This document shows positions 51,681-64,000 of a stretch of DNA of 64,000 nucleotides, piece by piece. Position 1 is the stretch's first letter. Each line of letters opens with the position of its first letter. The DNA lies in contig LVLI01000101.1 of assembly GCA_001687465.1 (NCBI GenBank), forward strand, positions 310,001-374,000, written 5' to 3'. The notes beneath the pieces were generated by a model. That model was given only the letters and a program-made list of their open reading frames with translations, did no database searches and was not told the origin of the DNA. The position numbers and the translations under genes are program-made. The stretch is from Halocafeteria seosinensis. Lineage: Eukaryota.

Positions 51681-53153
51681 ATGGGGGCGTGTTTCTCGGC
51701 TGTTGATGAGGCCAAGGAGGAGCTTATCATTGTTATGCCCCCTGAAGAGTGCAAGAAGGTCCTGGAGATGTATGGCACCTTTTGTGAGAGGCTGAAATTC
51801 ACCCAGCGGGAGACGCTGTGGATGTACCAAAAAGTAAGCCATATTGGTCCATTCCACAGCACACACTAATATATGCTGATGGAATAAAATATGCGGATCC
51901 GTCGCAGTACAAGAGAGTGGACAGACATAAACGAGGGATGTTAACAGCGGCAGATCTTCGTTTGTATTTCGAAGTTACTGACAAAGAATTTGGAGATAAA
52001 TGTAAGCCATGAATGTTAATGCAGCCTTCGAATCCCTGGATGATGTGTGTTACATTGGCTTATAACCTTCCAGTCTTTTCTGTGTGGCTACAAGAGGACG
52101 AATATGTAGTAAGTATGGTTCGGAGTATGTTTCCAGCGTACAACTTGGTGGCAATTTTTTTGCAGGATTTCAAAGGGTTCATGTTTTGGGTATGGAATAT
52201 CTGTACGGCCTCTAGGTCAGAATTGAAGTACTTTCTTTACTTAACCTATGATTCGGAGCAATCTGGAACACTGAAGGCAGATGATGTCATTGCGATATTT
52301 CAAGATGTATGTGTAACAGCGGTATATTGGGTTGTTTATTCGAATTTCATCTACCGTATATTACGTGCAGACGTTTGGTAAATCTTGGGAAAGTCATCGA
52401 GGTGCCCAAGCTATTATACCGTTATTTCTGCAAGTAAGAGTTTCAATCATTTGTCCTCGCCGTTTCACATGAGCTCAACATGAGATAACTGATTCCCAGA
52501 CGTCACTGCATCTTGAATACGTAACGGAGGACCTAACGGCGGACAAGTTTGCTTACCTATGCGATCGGGCAGATATCCTGGCCTATCCACTCTTCAATGT
52601 GATGTCAAAGATAATCGGCCTGTTGGGCGGCACTAGACATTGGAATATGAAAATTGCGACGAAACGGCAAATTCTGCAAGACAAAGAGGCAGTCAAGAAA
52701 TTGAAGCAGAATTTAGAGGAACTTAACGGAAACAAATCGAAATTAAAGTCTCTTACCATTCTCCCATCAGGCGTCATTGGGCCTAGCTATCTGAGTTTGA
52801 CGGAAGCCGAAATATTAATTGAAAAATTGAAGCGAGAGAGGTTTAAGAATACCAAAGCGATAGCGGACGACCAAAAGGAAACTGGTGGTGTGAGCCCTGA
52901 AGGCAGCCAGGTATCTCAGATCAGCTTCGCGTCAGCACCGAATCCTCGAACATCAGGAGTACCTAAATCTCAAAGATTTCAGTTACTCCGAGGAGGCTTC
53001 TCTCAGAGAAATATGAAAGTTTCGCCCATTTCTGATAAAGGCAAGGGTCCTGAAACCCGTGTCGGCAGATCAACTTCGCTGAAAGAGCGACAGAGAACTC
53101 AGGCAAATAAGAATGTGGAAGCAATGAGACAGGCAACGATGATGCGCCGCTGA
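51681..53153 (+). CDS. Putatively N-acylated EF-hand Ca2+-binding protein (divergent CBL/recoverin-like)
   Basis: MGAC N-terminus. EF-loop-like VDRHKRGMLTAADL and YDSEQSGTLKADDV. Several introns. Confidence 0.7.
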
Positions 53154-53207
53154 AGCAATGAGTCGCAATGGGTGATATTTGAGAGGTGTCGTGATCAATT
53201 CAAGCGG

Positions 53208-55325
53208 CTACCCAAAAGGATCAAGTATGTGTAGCCACCTGGAGGCAGATTCCTTCACCAACCTTGGAAGATCTACAGTGGGGGAGTCCACCCCGTTCCA
53301 TCCAGTGACTACGTACTGGCCTTGCTCATTTGTTTTCACAGCTTTCACAACACTTTCGTGGGTTTTGCTAGCGTTTGCTTGTAATTCCTCGGGAGATATT
53401 TTCAGAGCAACCAAAATGTCTGCCCCAGTTCGCATAGAGACTGCTGCCCGGAGCTCAATCTTATCGATAATGTCGGTAGATCTGTTAGCTGGGAGCAGTC
53501 TCTCACTAATGCTTCTAGCTACTATGGGTACTCCGCCAAAAAGTCTCTGCAACAAAAAGTTGAATCCAGAATAGGGAGGCTGGCGACAAAGAACAGGATC
53601 CAACTGACCATCTTCCAACCCGAGTTCTGAACCGAACTTCCTCCTATGCTCAAGCTCGTTTGCGTGTCCGTCTGCAGGGAGTCAATTGGTGACAGACCTT
53701 CTTCAGGGGCTTTGCTAGCCTGGGAGCGAGAGTTCCGGATTGTAAATGGGTCCTTTTTCTTTAATGTTAGGAATGAGACCATCTCAGGGTGTAACCTGCA
53801 GCAAGTTGATGGCAGGAATGTGGCTGATTTAGGCAGTTACCGCTCCCCCATTGTTCATGTACTACGTACCAGGTACCTTCTTCTAACCATCTCAATGAGT
53901 ATCGATACGATTTCATACTATAATGAACTGGAAGTGACACTGCACATCCAACTGAAGCACGTATAGCTTCTCTTCTCAACACTTCGTTGCCTCTCAACAG
54001 TACGAAACCGCTGGTTTCCTCAGCTTCTTCCAGCAGCCCCTTTTTCAAGCCATTCCACAACGCTCTTTTGCGATTAAATCCAAGCATCGCCTGTGCGGTT
54101 GCATTAAGAGAATGCGCACTCGTCGAGTCTAGATGCAGCGCCCCATAGTTAACCCGAACGATTTGGATGCGCGGATATAGCTCGCCCAGCCGCGGCCAGT
54201 GTTCTAACACGTTGGGAGCCCGCTCATCCGTACTGCCAATAGAAGAAGAACCTTCAACTATCACAATCTTCTCTACAAGAGGCAACGCCTCATGGACAAG
54301 TATGGGGAGAACAGCCAGGTCACTTGAGGACTCTATGGCAATTCCGAACAACACTTTTCGCAATCCTCCTTTCCGAGGTTTAAGTTTTAGTTGCCCACAA
54401 ATTTGTTGCCAATCTGTTCCATTGTGGTTGCTGTCTATTTCAGTTCGAATATTTTCCAAAGTTGTTTGCTTTTCGGGATTTATAGTGCTCTGTAGCTCCA
54501 GTGCTGCTGACACTCTGTCGGCCGATGTATCTAGCTCTGTTGGAATACTATGTTCGTCGTTCACAATCGAGCTATCCTCTCCAATGGTAAGACTCTCTGT
54601 CACATTGCGGTGGCCTGTGTTTCATAAGGGTCAGCGAAGTTTGACAAGCGATTGAATGGGACAAACACTATCGTTGACGTACCTGGTTGGCCCACATCCT
54701 CAGTATTATCACGTTTTCCTTTCGTGCGTGTATTGCTTTCCGGTTCTTGGTTGTCCGACGCTGGCTGTGAGCTACGTACTGTATCGTTTAAAGTGGATTC
54801 ATCTATATTATTGGTGGCCTTGGCGTCTTCCAACACCGCTTCCTGAGCCGAGCGCTTATTGGATTCCTCTTGACTTTCTGTCTCTGGCGTTGCACTGTCT
54901 TCATCATGAGCGATGGGCTGATCGGGAGAAACCTCATCATCCCCCAACCTTTGTGCTTGCTGGCTAGTTGCCTCTACAAAACCTGGTTCCTCTGTGGTAT
55001 CTTTGCTTGTTTCGCTATCTGAAGAATCAAATTTTTCCACAAAGATATCTTCTTCGGGATCAGCTCCTATTGGAGTGCATTGATTCCCACTAATATCCAA
55101 GTCTTGCTTCAAGACTGCAGCATATAATCGTGCGTACGCTTCGGTAATCGCTTCTGTTAACGCATGATCACCAATCTGACTTTTGAAGCGTTCAAATGGC
55201 GTCAAATCTCCTGCTCGTGGGCATAGTCTTTGCTGATGTGATGGAACGAAAAGAAGAGGAACTGCTCCTAATAGGGTGACCAGAAGTATGGCAATGAACG
55301 CACATGTGCAGCGCATACAGGCCAT
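53208..55325 (-). CDS. Type II membrane protein with degenerate glycosyltransferase family 17 (MGAT3-like) domain
   Basis: N-terminal signal anchor and acidic stem, then DLAVLPILVHEALPLVEKIVIVEG, RKRALWNGL, YRYSLRW, SGWKM. Spliced. Confidence 0.55.
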
Positions 55326-56037
55326 TTTCTCTCTCTCTCTCTAAGCGGGCAATGGCTTGACCAATATTGCACGTATACAACCAAACAATACTCCTGCTTG
55401 ATACCAAGCAGCTTTCCTGGGTCGAACACACCCTCGCTCCCTTTAATAGTGTAGCAATGTTGATTTATTCGGTCTCAATAGTGCGAACAAGTTGTGACAC
55501 ATCCGGGACAACGGGTCACATTTGAATTATAGACGGAGCCACCGGAGTCCAGCACGGGGGAAACAAAGAAGGTGATACATATCCGGAATATTTTATGGTT
55601 TGCGAGTTCATTGTAAACTTAAATGGTATCTAAAATTAACTTGCTTGTTACTGCGTCAGCTAGTTCAGTCCAGAACCCGAGCTGTTAAGTTCTCCAAGTA
55701 CACTTAGTTGGAATTTTGGCGAACGGAGATGTCTTGAACTGAGTATTTGCACTATGCCTGTTGACTCAGTTGCCGACTTAGCATATAGCTAGTACGACCA
55801 TTTCGACAAGTGACGGAGCCATTCTGGGGTCCGTTGCTACCAATCGTTCCAGAAGCACGTCTAGCGTCCAGTGCTCTTCATAGGAGGAACCGATACCTAG
55901 CCGTCCGAGTTTTCGCCTACCACCCGTCGCCACGGCCTACACATAGTTTCACTAATGTCTCTAGCATAGCTCCAATCGGTTCTGTGTAAAGCATAGACTT
56001 TAGTAGGCACTCCACTCATTTATTTAGGGCCGTCCTC

Positions 56038-56645
56038 TCACTTCTCGTCAGACTTTAGTTTGGTTTTCAGACGCTCCCATAAGATAGCTACTGGGCCGGG
56101 TTTATCAGGATCATCAATGTTAAGCTGCTCGGGCGGTACTTTGCTAGGATCGTCCCATGTGCACGCTTTCGTAGGGCGATGGAAAAAATACTCGCGGTCC
56201 CATGGAGGTTGCGTGACGTACTTTTCCCATAGACGTCCGTCCAATCCACGCACCAGTTTCGTTCCAGGAGGAGGCAGTTCATTCGCATCTACCTTTTGAT
56301 ATTTAAACTCTGTTGGCATTTTATCTCTGCGATGGCCGTATGAATAGTGCAGCTCAGAGTGATTGCCCAGTTTCATGGAACTCACCTGTGCTCCATTGTT
56401 CGTGTATGGAAGTAAAAAGTATGGCCTGTTCCCGGGTCGATTTGCTCCACCCAAATCCCTTTATCCTCATCGCCTTCCGTTTCTTTGTCCTCTGCTGGTT
56501 TCTCATCGCTTTTATCAACCTTACCACTGCTGGTACACATCCATTGCAAATGATAGACGGATGGCAACATTCTGGGTTGCAGAGCGAAAGTTCCTCCTAG
56601 CCGCCGCCTCCTCACCACCCTGATTGACCGCACACTACGCATCAT
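56038..56645 (-). CDS. Small protein with two WW-like domains and a presequence-like N-terminus
   Basis: WVEQIDPGTGHTFYFHTRT and WEKYVTQPPWDREYFFHRPTKACTWDDP. Intron 56385-56327. Confidence 0.8.
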
Positions 56646-56943
56646 CGTTCACCAGCAGTACTGGTATTGGATCGGCCATCTATTGAAAAACAATGCACAA
56701 GATGGGCTAATTCCGCCAGTCGACTAGTCATACCGTACAAACTTTTCTGCCATAAACAGGCTGCTTTTTGTTGTTTTTCTCAGAGGGTCCATGTAGGGAA
56801 GCTCGTGTCCCTTGCTCCATACTTCAACTTCAACGTTACTAGCAAGGCATGTGACATGACCACACACTATGGCATGGTTTACGCCGTCTTGTATAGTACT
56901 CTGCCCGTTTTTTAACAGGGAAAGATAGTATACCGATAACAAG

Positions 56944-57961
56944 ATGGTGTGTGGTTTACGGAGGGGTGTGATAGTGGCGTCATCATGCGTATGCATGATG
57001 ATAATCTCCATGACGCCAGGAGCTGAGGCCTTTCCACCACCCTGTACATTGGATAAAGATAGTAAAAACACGATTACCAGGTTCGATAAGACGCCCGTAT
57101 GCGTCTCGCTCAACCAACAGAACTACGCGCTCTTTGACCCGGAGGCGGATGAATACAGCATGTTCCAGTTAAATGGATGTAGGTGGCATCATCTTATCAG
57201 ATTCTATGCACCTATATATATGACCACATTTGGTTTGCTATGCAGCTTCGAGAGCTGTACCTACAGGAACAGGAGTGATAAAGGAAGGAGAACCCAAACC
57301 CAAGACGGACTTTACCCTAGCGGATTGCAAGGACAAAGGTGTAACAGGCCAGTACTTTGTAACTGTGGATGCCTTCTCGTTTGATGCCAAATCAGACTAT
57401 TCGAGGATATATCAGTTGTGGGATTGCGAAAAGGAGGGGGGAAAGAATACGTTTGTAACATATTTCAACGTCTTGACCGCTATCGTACATGCGGACAATG
57501 GGGAAGCAAAGTTTATCTCCTATGACGATGGTTGCTTCTTCTGTGACAGCAGCGACAGGAAGAAATGCAAAGAAATTGGTTTCAACACGTCTGCGGCATT
57601 GGCGCCTAACGATGGCACAGATCGAAGAAGCTGTGGCATAAAATGCTCGATTTCAGATCTTGAAAACGGAAGGTGCAGTGCTTGTGATGATGGAAAGTGC
57701 GATTTGAAGGTTAGTGAGAATGTTTACCCAGAATGTGCATCTACAGTGAGAACCGTATCATTGCTGCTTGATTCACAGGTTTATGTAGTTTGGACGGGAG
57801 AGGATTCTGATGGTCAATTTTTTGAATCTGCTGGCCTCCGCTTCAGCCGATTCAGACAATTCGGTCTTGGTGGTTTGATGAAGAACGCGCGGACCAAAGG
57901 GACACAGGGATTTTCAGGGGCTGAGCAAACTGCGGGCGACGCCGAAAACTTGTTTTCGTAA
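56944..57961 (+). CDS. Secreted cysteine-rich hypothetical protein
   Basis: Signal peptide (…TPGAEA|FP), many Cys, C-terminal LKVYVVWTGEDSDGQFFESAGLRFSRF. Two introns. Confidence 0.75.
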
Positions 57962-58053
57962 CAGCATGACGATGTAGAATGAAACAGAATTTCCCTCTTA
58001 TATTTTCGTAGTATAGCATGTATCGTAGTTAGTTGTCTTTTCGGAGTTGGCAA

Positions 58054-61000
58054 CTATAGATCCCACGCATCCTTACTCCTGCTGGAAGTTCGCCCTGCAG
58101 GTGGAGGTCGAGAAGCGCTTTCGATGCGGCCAGCTTTCTGGTCCCCTTGGGAGGGGTAACCCACTGGAGCTGTGGCCTTCGTCCCCGTAGACTTCTCACG
58201 CTTCATGGCCGACGCTACACCAACACCCCAGTGGCGGATTTGAGTAGTGAAGGGCCAATCCAGCCTACCTGCTGAAAGAGCAACAGTAAGCAATTGCATT
58301 GCTCTGGCTGCAACACCCGGGGAACCGAACTTGACTAGTACGTTGTCCTCGTCAAGGCGTTTGATAGTCTTTACTTGAGAACTGACGTGGATTCCTGCGT
58401 TGTACATACTACTGACAACATCATCACTCTTGTATTTCTTAGGCATGCCGTGGAGAAATACCCAGCATCCTCGTTCATCTTCTGGTATGTCAGCGATGTC
58501 TGGCTCCATGGGGTGGTGGCTTACCACGCGAAACGCATGGGTATCCGCTTTCCGAATGCGTATTGCATCTTTCAGCTGCTGCGTCGGGAGGATAGGAACA
58601 GGATAATATTGGTCAGGGCCATCAATTGCCAGCATGTCCCCCTCACGGGTGTAAAGCGAAAGCGCAGATTGCACTAACAATTCGGTAAACTCAGAAAAAA
58701 TCAACGACTTCCGCTCCGGTTTAATGTTTCCAAGACTATCGCTCAAGAACGACTCCACATGCACGCGGTTTTCATCGAAGAGCGTCTTTGGGCCACTCCA
58801 CCGAAGGGTGAGAGGGAGGCTGGGGTGGGAATTGAGACTCGTAGGAACAAAGCCGTACACTTCTCCCAATTGAATCGCAAAAGCTTTTTCACTCTCATTC
58901 ACCTTTCCCACATTGATAGTCCACGGCTGAGCATCGCTACTTAGAGGGTCTCGCTGTCTTATTAAAGCTAACCGCTCGGCAAAGTCTCGAAGTTGGTCGT
59001 CAAGTTTGCAGGCCCACGAAGCATGACTCTGGGCAAACGATATAACCGTACCGGGAAACGGACAGTAACCAATTCTACCGTCGTCCCATGAGGTCCCTGA
59101 CCCCGGCGTGACACCCACTGCTTCTCCAAAGGACCGAGCAAAACTAGCGGAAGAACAATAGTCGTTGCATGTCAGACGGCGAGACAACAACAAGGACTCA
59201 AGAACGCTTCCAGGGCAAGGTATTTCAAAATGGGTATACTGGCAGTCTTGCTCGAGCCACAGCTTATTCAGGACACTCGATTCGGACTTCTGTTGAAGGC
59301 TGGCAGAAAACTTGGATTTTAGCTGCTCCCATACTTCTGATATGTCAACCTTGGCGACCAACGTGGAGTCAGGGGTTCCATGGAGGCAGTATACCCAAGA
59401 GAAAAGACGATTGCAGCGACAGAACAATTTCAAGGGTTCCTGGCAAGCTGTCAGCGGGCATTCAGACGAGGGGTGACACACTTGGTTGCATGTATGAGAA
59501 CAGTGCTTTCGCTTCTTTCCACACCTATGGCCGCAAGAAACGGCTTCATCCAAATGTCTATCAACGGTAGGTTGACATGGACCTGAGTGGCATACGTTCT
59601 TACAAGTGTGGATACCACAAGATAACGGCTTTCCACAAAGCTGGCCACATGAGACATGCTGAACATTGCACGGAACATTTTGGACAACAGTATGTTCCCC
59701 AGCACAGGTTTTGCTTGTGGGAGCAGTACAAGGAGGGCACTCCCCAGGATGGCATTTGTGGCCAGACTGCTGCGGATGTCCACAGGACCGAACTTTTGTA
59801 CAGGGATAAGGACATGTAGGCATCTGCGTTTCACATGGCACTGGTGGTTCCACCCTGGTTTTTCCACAGTCGCAGACCATTGCTTCCGAAGAGAGAACTG
59901 GGCAAGGGTTACAGGTGCCTCTATGACAGATGTCCGGACAATAATGGAGTTTACATCCCAATAAGCGGTTGCAAGTACGGAAACACATATGATCCGGTCC
60001 CTGAGACGGAGAAAATTCATCCGGTGTCGGATTCGTAGCTGTGGCACAGTCTAGGAACGAGTGCACCCTAGAGTCATGATCAACTTCGCTCACATTCTTT
60101 AACGTCACCGTCCGGCCTTCAACCCCACGAACACTGACGTCGCCACTTGTTAGGAGAGAGTGGATATGTTGCGCGTCGTTGACCCCGCTACGGGAAAGAA
60201 GAAAGAGAATTCTCCTAAACGCACCAGATTGTTGCACCACTTCTGGTTCGCTAGTGGCTGCATTCTGTTGCGACTGGTTCGCCGAAGGCTGAGTCCTTCT
60301 TGACCGCTGAGATCTCCTTGAGCGTTGTCCGATATTCAAACCTGAAAGCTCCTCGTTTAAGCCCTCAGAGGCAGCTGACGCTGCTGATTGCAAGACGCCA
60401 CGAATAGGGCAGCATATCTCTTCGCACTTATGGCGACCACAGCCTGCAACCGGGAATTGGATGAATATCATTTACAATGACTCAACACTAGCAGTACATA
60501 CTCAGTGATCTACGGCATTCACTCAAGCAAGCCAGCATAATGTCGATGATGTGAACTCTTGATACTAGGGTTACCTCTTCGCCTTCTTCGAACGCCACAT
60601 TTTGTCTTGAACAGTATTCTCTCACTGAAGTGGTAGGCGGGAGCGTCACTTGTAAGTCTATCGTAGACTTTTTGGCCCGCTGAAAGTCAGCACACGACGG
60701 TTGAAAGGAGGTAGCGCGACAGGCGCATGAGACGTGTGTGACTTTGGTGCATGTAGGACACTCTCCATTATGGCATGTCAGATCGCATCTGTAGTGGACG
60801 CAAGAGACACATGACCGATTCTGGTAAACAATGGAAGCCAGTTGTATATACCGGGACGTACGAATGGCCACATGGCTTCAGCTTCCCACATTTGTTATCG
60901 CATGTCGGTACAGGGTCAGTACAAGAGGAGCGACCTGACGCATGAACTGTTTCCAATCGTCCTTCTCGTACAATGTTACAGGAACCCTTGGTACTTAACC

Positions 61001-62688
61001 TCCCCAATGGTGTTACGCCGCAGGGACAAAACTCGACTCTCCCCGGAAGAAATCTGCATCCAACGCAGTCACCCGCATGGCACCTACTTTTGCATCTATG
61101 AATGCCACAATCCTGCGGCATAAGGATTGACGTGTATCAGCCAGCCAAAGAATGACATTCCGTCGACGTACCAACAAGGATCCACAAGTTTTCTCACATG
61201 AAAAGTATCCATATTGAGCTGTCCCTAATTCTTCCTGAAGCTGTGTAGGGATCTTATCTTGTCTTTCCTCGCCACATCGCACTTCGTTTTGTGTTTTCGT
61301 GCAATAGCATCTTCTTGACATGTACTCCTCACATGGGGGGCAAGGTTTTCGATGACAAACCTCGCTACAATAATGCTTGCCGCAACTCAGCAGCTTCCCA
61401 CACTGTTTTCCACAACTCGTTAGAGTGTCTTTTTCCGCGCATCTTAGGCGATACTGCTTTTTTCCGCAGCCGCAATTTCTCAGTGGTCCCATCGCCGAGC
61501 ACGGGGGACATGGTCCGGGATGACATGGTAAGGGGCACCTGCACCGAAGATTGTGAGGTGGATTCATCTCACGACATTCCGAGGCAGTACCTGACGTACT
61601 TGTGAGGGCAATCTTGCCCTCGGCGTTTACCGCAAACTTCATCACAGCAGTGAGGGGTGTTGTATGGGTTTACCTCAGGACTCTTCGTCTTGCCACAAAA
61701 ACAGAAGTACACAGGATTATAGGTGTACTGAGTCCTACAAGTCGGGCACTGCCAGGGGTCCGCTGCACAGCGTTAGAGAACAATAGTAGCCATGGATGCG
61801 AAATTGAAGACGTTGAATACCTGCTAGCTTACATGGCTTTTTTGCTCCGCATTTTGATCTCCATCTCTTTAGGCACCCCAAGTGCAAGATTCTATAACAG
61901 TGCTGGCAGTGCCAAATAGGATCTTTCCGTCGAACATATTCGGTACACACCAGACACTCATAGCTCTCCTCGTTCAATTCCTTCGAAATGTCATTGTTGT
62001 GAAGCGGCTGGTTGGAGGTAGTTTGACGACTTTGCAGAGGCCTCTTCGATTTACTTTGCTCCGTGTATTGGGCAGTTGCACTTGCAACTGCACCACCATC
62101 ACCTCGTGAATCCACTTCATCTACGGTTAAAACTCGCGACACTTGTCCCTTGGACTTGTTGCCGCCCCTATGGCGACTAGGTTTTCCATTTCGATGCACG
62201 TGCTCAGCTGTGTCGGGATTGGAAGTTCCAGCGGCTACCCTTTCTGCATTGTGACCTCCTCTTTCCCCTCTACCTCTCCCTCTGCCACGGCCTCTACCAT
62301 TGGAGGACCGTCCGCTTGGTATGTTTGTATCTGATTCGACACTTCCTCCATTCGTCGTATTATCTGCATTGGGCGTACTGGCTCCACGTCCGCCTCGTTT
62401 GCTACGATGTCCTCGACCTCGACCACGGGGGCCGCCTGCTCCTCTTTTATTCCCCGACGAAGACGACCTAGAATGGGCCTTTGCCGCCGCTCCTGCTCCG
62501 GTATCTCCAGAAGGCACGAATTCTTCTGCCACGGGGCGAAATTTTGAAGTCTTATCTGGCCCACTTCCACCTCTTTTCGAAGAGGAAGACGAGGAGTTCT
62601 TGCCACCGCGATTCCTCTGTTGCTTACCACCAGTAGCTCCTGAGCCACTGGCATCGGAAGATGCTGCAGAAGCCCCTTGATCAGCCAT
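58054..62688 (-). CDS. NFX1: NF-X1-type zinc finger protein (RING + NF-X1 repeats + R3H-like + RRM-like)
   Basis: RING CLVCTEYV...IWHCQHCYRILHLGCLKRW; many CG.H.C...CH.G.C.PC repeats; PAM2-like KFRPVAEEFVP. Multi-exon. Confidence 0.92.
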
Positions 62689-63056
62689 TATGTAGGTATT
62701 ATTTTGGTTGAAGGCACTCCACCCAAAAACTTTGTGAAGCTTTTGATGCACTATGGGGAACTAAACTAACTGGCTATTCACTTCGACCGGTCACACGAAT
62801 CCTAGCACTATCACAGCGGTCAAACACTTGGGAAACTAATGTATGTCACAGTATTATGTGTATCATATAAATGCACGGGAAAATGAAAAGTGTGCGAAAA
62901 GTTTGTCGTCTCAGAACTTCAAGCCTCAGAGCACGATCATCCAAGATGCACTATTGAATTATGGGTCTGAATGGCTTATTTTCACTCAAGTTGGATGCTT
63001 GAAACCTAGATATATGTGAAAACAAGATCGTCCGCTTGATAAAGAATCGCGGGAAT

Positions 63057-64000
63057 ATGTCAGAGAGGAGTGACAATGAAACAACGGCAGCCGACGGAGC
63101 TTGTGATGCTGGCTTCCAGGATGCTATACACAATGATACACTAGCCCCTGGCTTCTCTTCGGCAAAGGGGAACAACTGTGATGAATCACAACACAGTGCT
63201 GAATCTTCCGCTATAACGGGCCTTGTGGATAGTAGCAAAAGCTCGTACTTGTACGCATCTGTCGAGTCGGCGGAGGCCCCTTTCGATGAAGAAGATGCTG
63301 AATTCCCCGAAGACGGTGACGGCTCTTCGGGAGCGGGTTCGCGTAAAAAAGGTTGCTGGGAGAATTTTAACTGTCTTTGCTTTGTGAAAGATGACGCGTT
63401 CAGTAAGACTTCTGTACCCACGAATCGGGTTATCCGCTTCTTCAAAGAACCAGAACTGCGGGAAACGATTTCGGACAACAATGCGGTCAACGAATTATTC
63501 TACGATATTGTGTTTTCTCTTGCGCTTGCAAGTGCCAGGACGGAATTTATTGATTCATTTCTGGCGTGCCCTTCTACGGATCACAGCTGCAGCACTGGTA
63601 CGTCCACAGCTACCGTCAGAGGTATTGTACTTAACTATGTTGGGTCTTGTTGCAGGCGAAAAGCTTTGGGTATTCGTTCTTATGTTTGGACAGTTTTGGT
63701 TTCACGCGTTTCAGCTAGTTCTATACACGAACAGGTTTACTACAGAGGAATTTTCTTATAACATAGCGTTATACCTACACATGGCTTCTAATGTAATTAT
63801 GGCAGTCAACGGCAGCGCATGTACCAAAACGGATATAGAGGGACAGCAGTTGTGCATGTCTGTCTTCGATGCTCCCACGTCCCAACTGAGTGCGTTTCGT
63901 ATCTTTGGTGTAGGTAGCGCGTTGGCACAGGCGCTGACTGCAGTTCAATTCTTTCGAGTTTCGCGCATTTATTCTGCCCGTGCCTGGTGTTATACCTACG
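63057..64000 (+). CDS. Low temperature requirement A (LtrA)-like membrane protein, 3'-partial
   Basis: NELFYDIVFSLAL, then (spliced) VFVLMFGQFWFHAFQLVLYTNRF...LHMASNVIMAVN, matching the LtrA ELFxDLVF / YxNRF pattern. Confidence 0.7.

Noticed and set aside
381..57778. Several 3n, stop-free introns (381-443, 5868-5930, 11513-11581, 27441-27512, 48583-48663, 57710-57778)
   Set aside because: The count looks compatible with chance given the dozens of short introns. They matter mainly as ORF-track read-through artefacts.

Overview
Gene-dense eukaryotic nuclear DNA from a compact genome. It has many short (about 55-90 nt) GT-AG introns and very short intergenic gaps. IFT20 indicates a flagellated protist; the gene repertoire is compatible with a stramenopile-like lineage, but this is not provable here. 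About 26 protein-coding genes are supported: GRIP golgin, full-size ABCG/PDR transporter, two tandem OSCA/TMEM63 channels, divergent GST-fold protein, ZC3H15/Tma46-like, IFT20, MORN-repeat protein, NDUFAF1, STK19, a USP deubiquitinase, pICln, mitochondrial RF1, Aha1-N, LRR, EF-hand, GT17-like, WW, NFX1, LtrA-like and several hypotheticals. The most striking item is a spliced, putatively dual-acylated gene at 19623-23059 (-). It encodes a TPR-S + degenerate SLOG + non-canonical class III nucleotide cyclase, an architecture I recognise from bacterial nucleotide-signalling/conflict proteins. No rRNA, tRNA, CRISPR array or intact mobile element was recognised. All family calls come from motif recognition by eye, not database searches, and exon models are manual.
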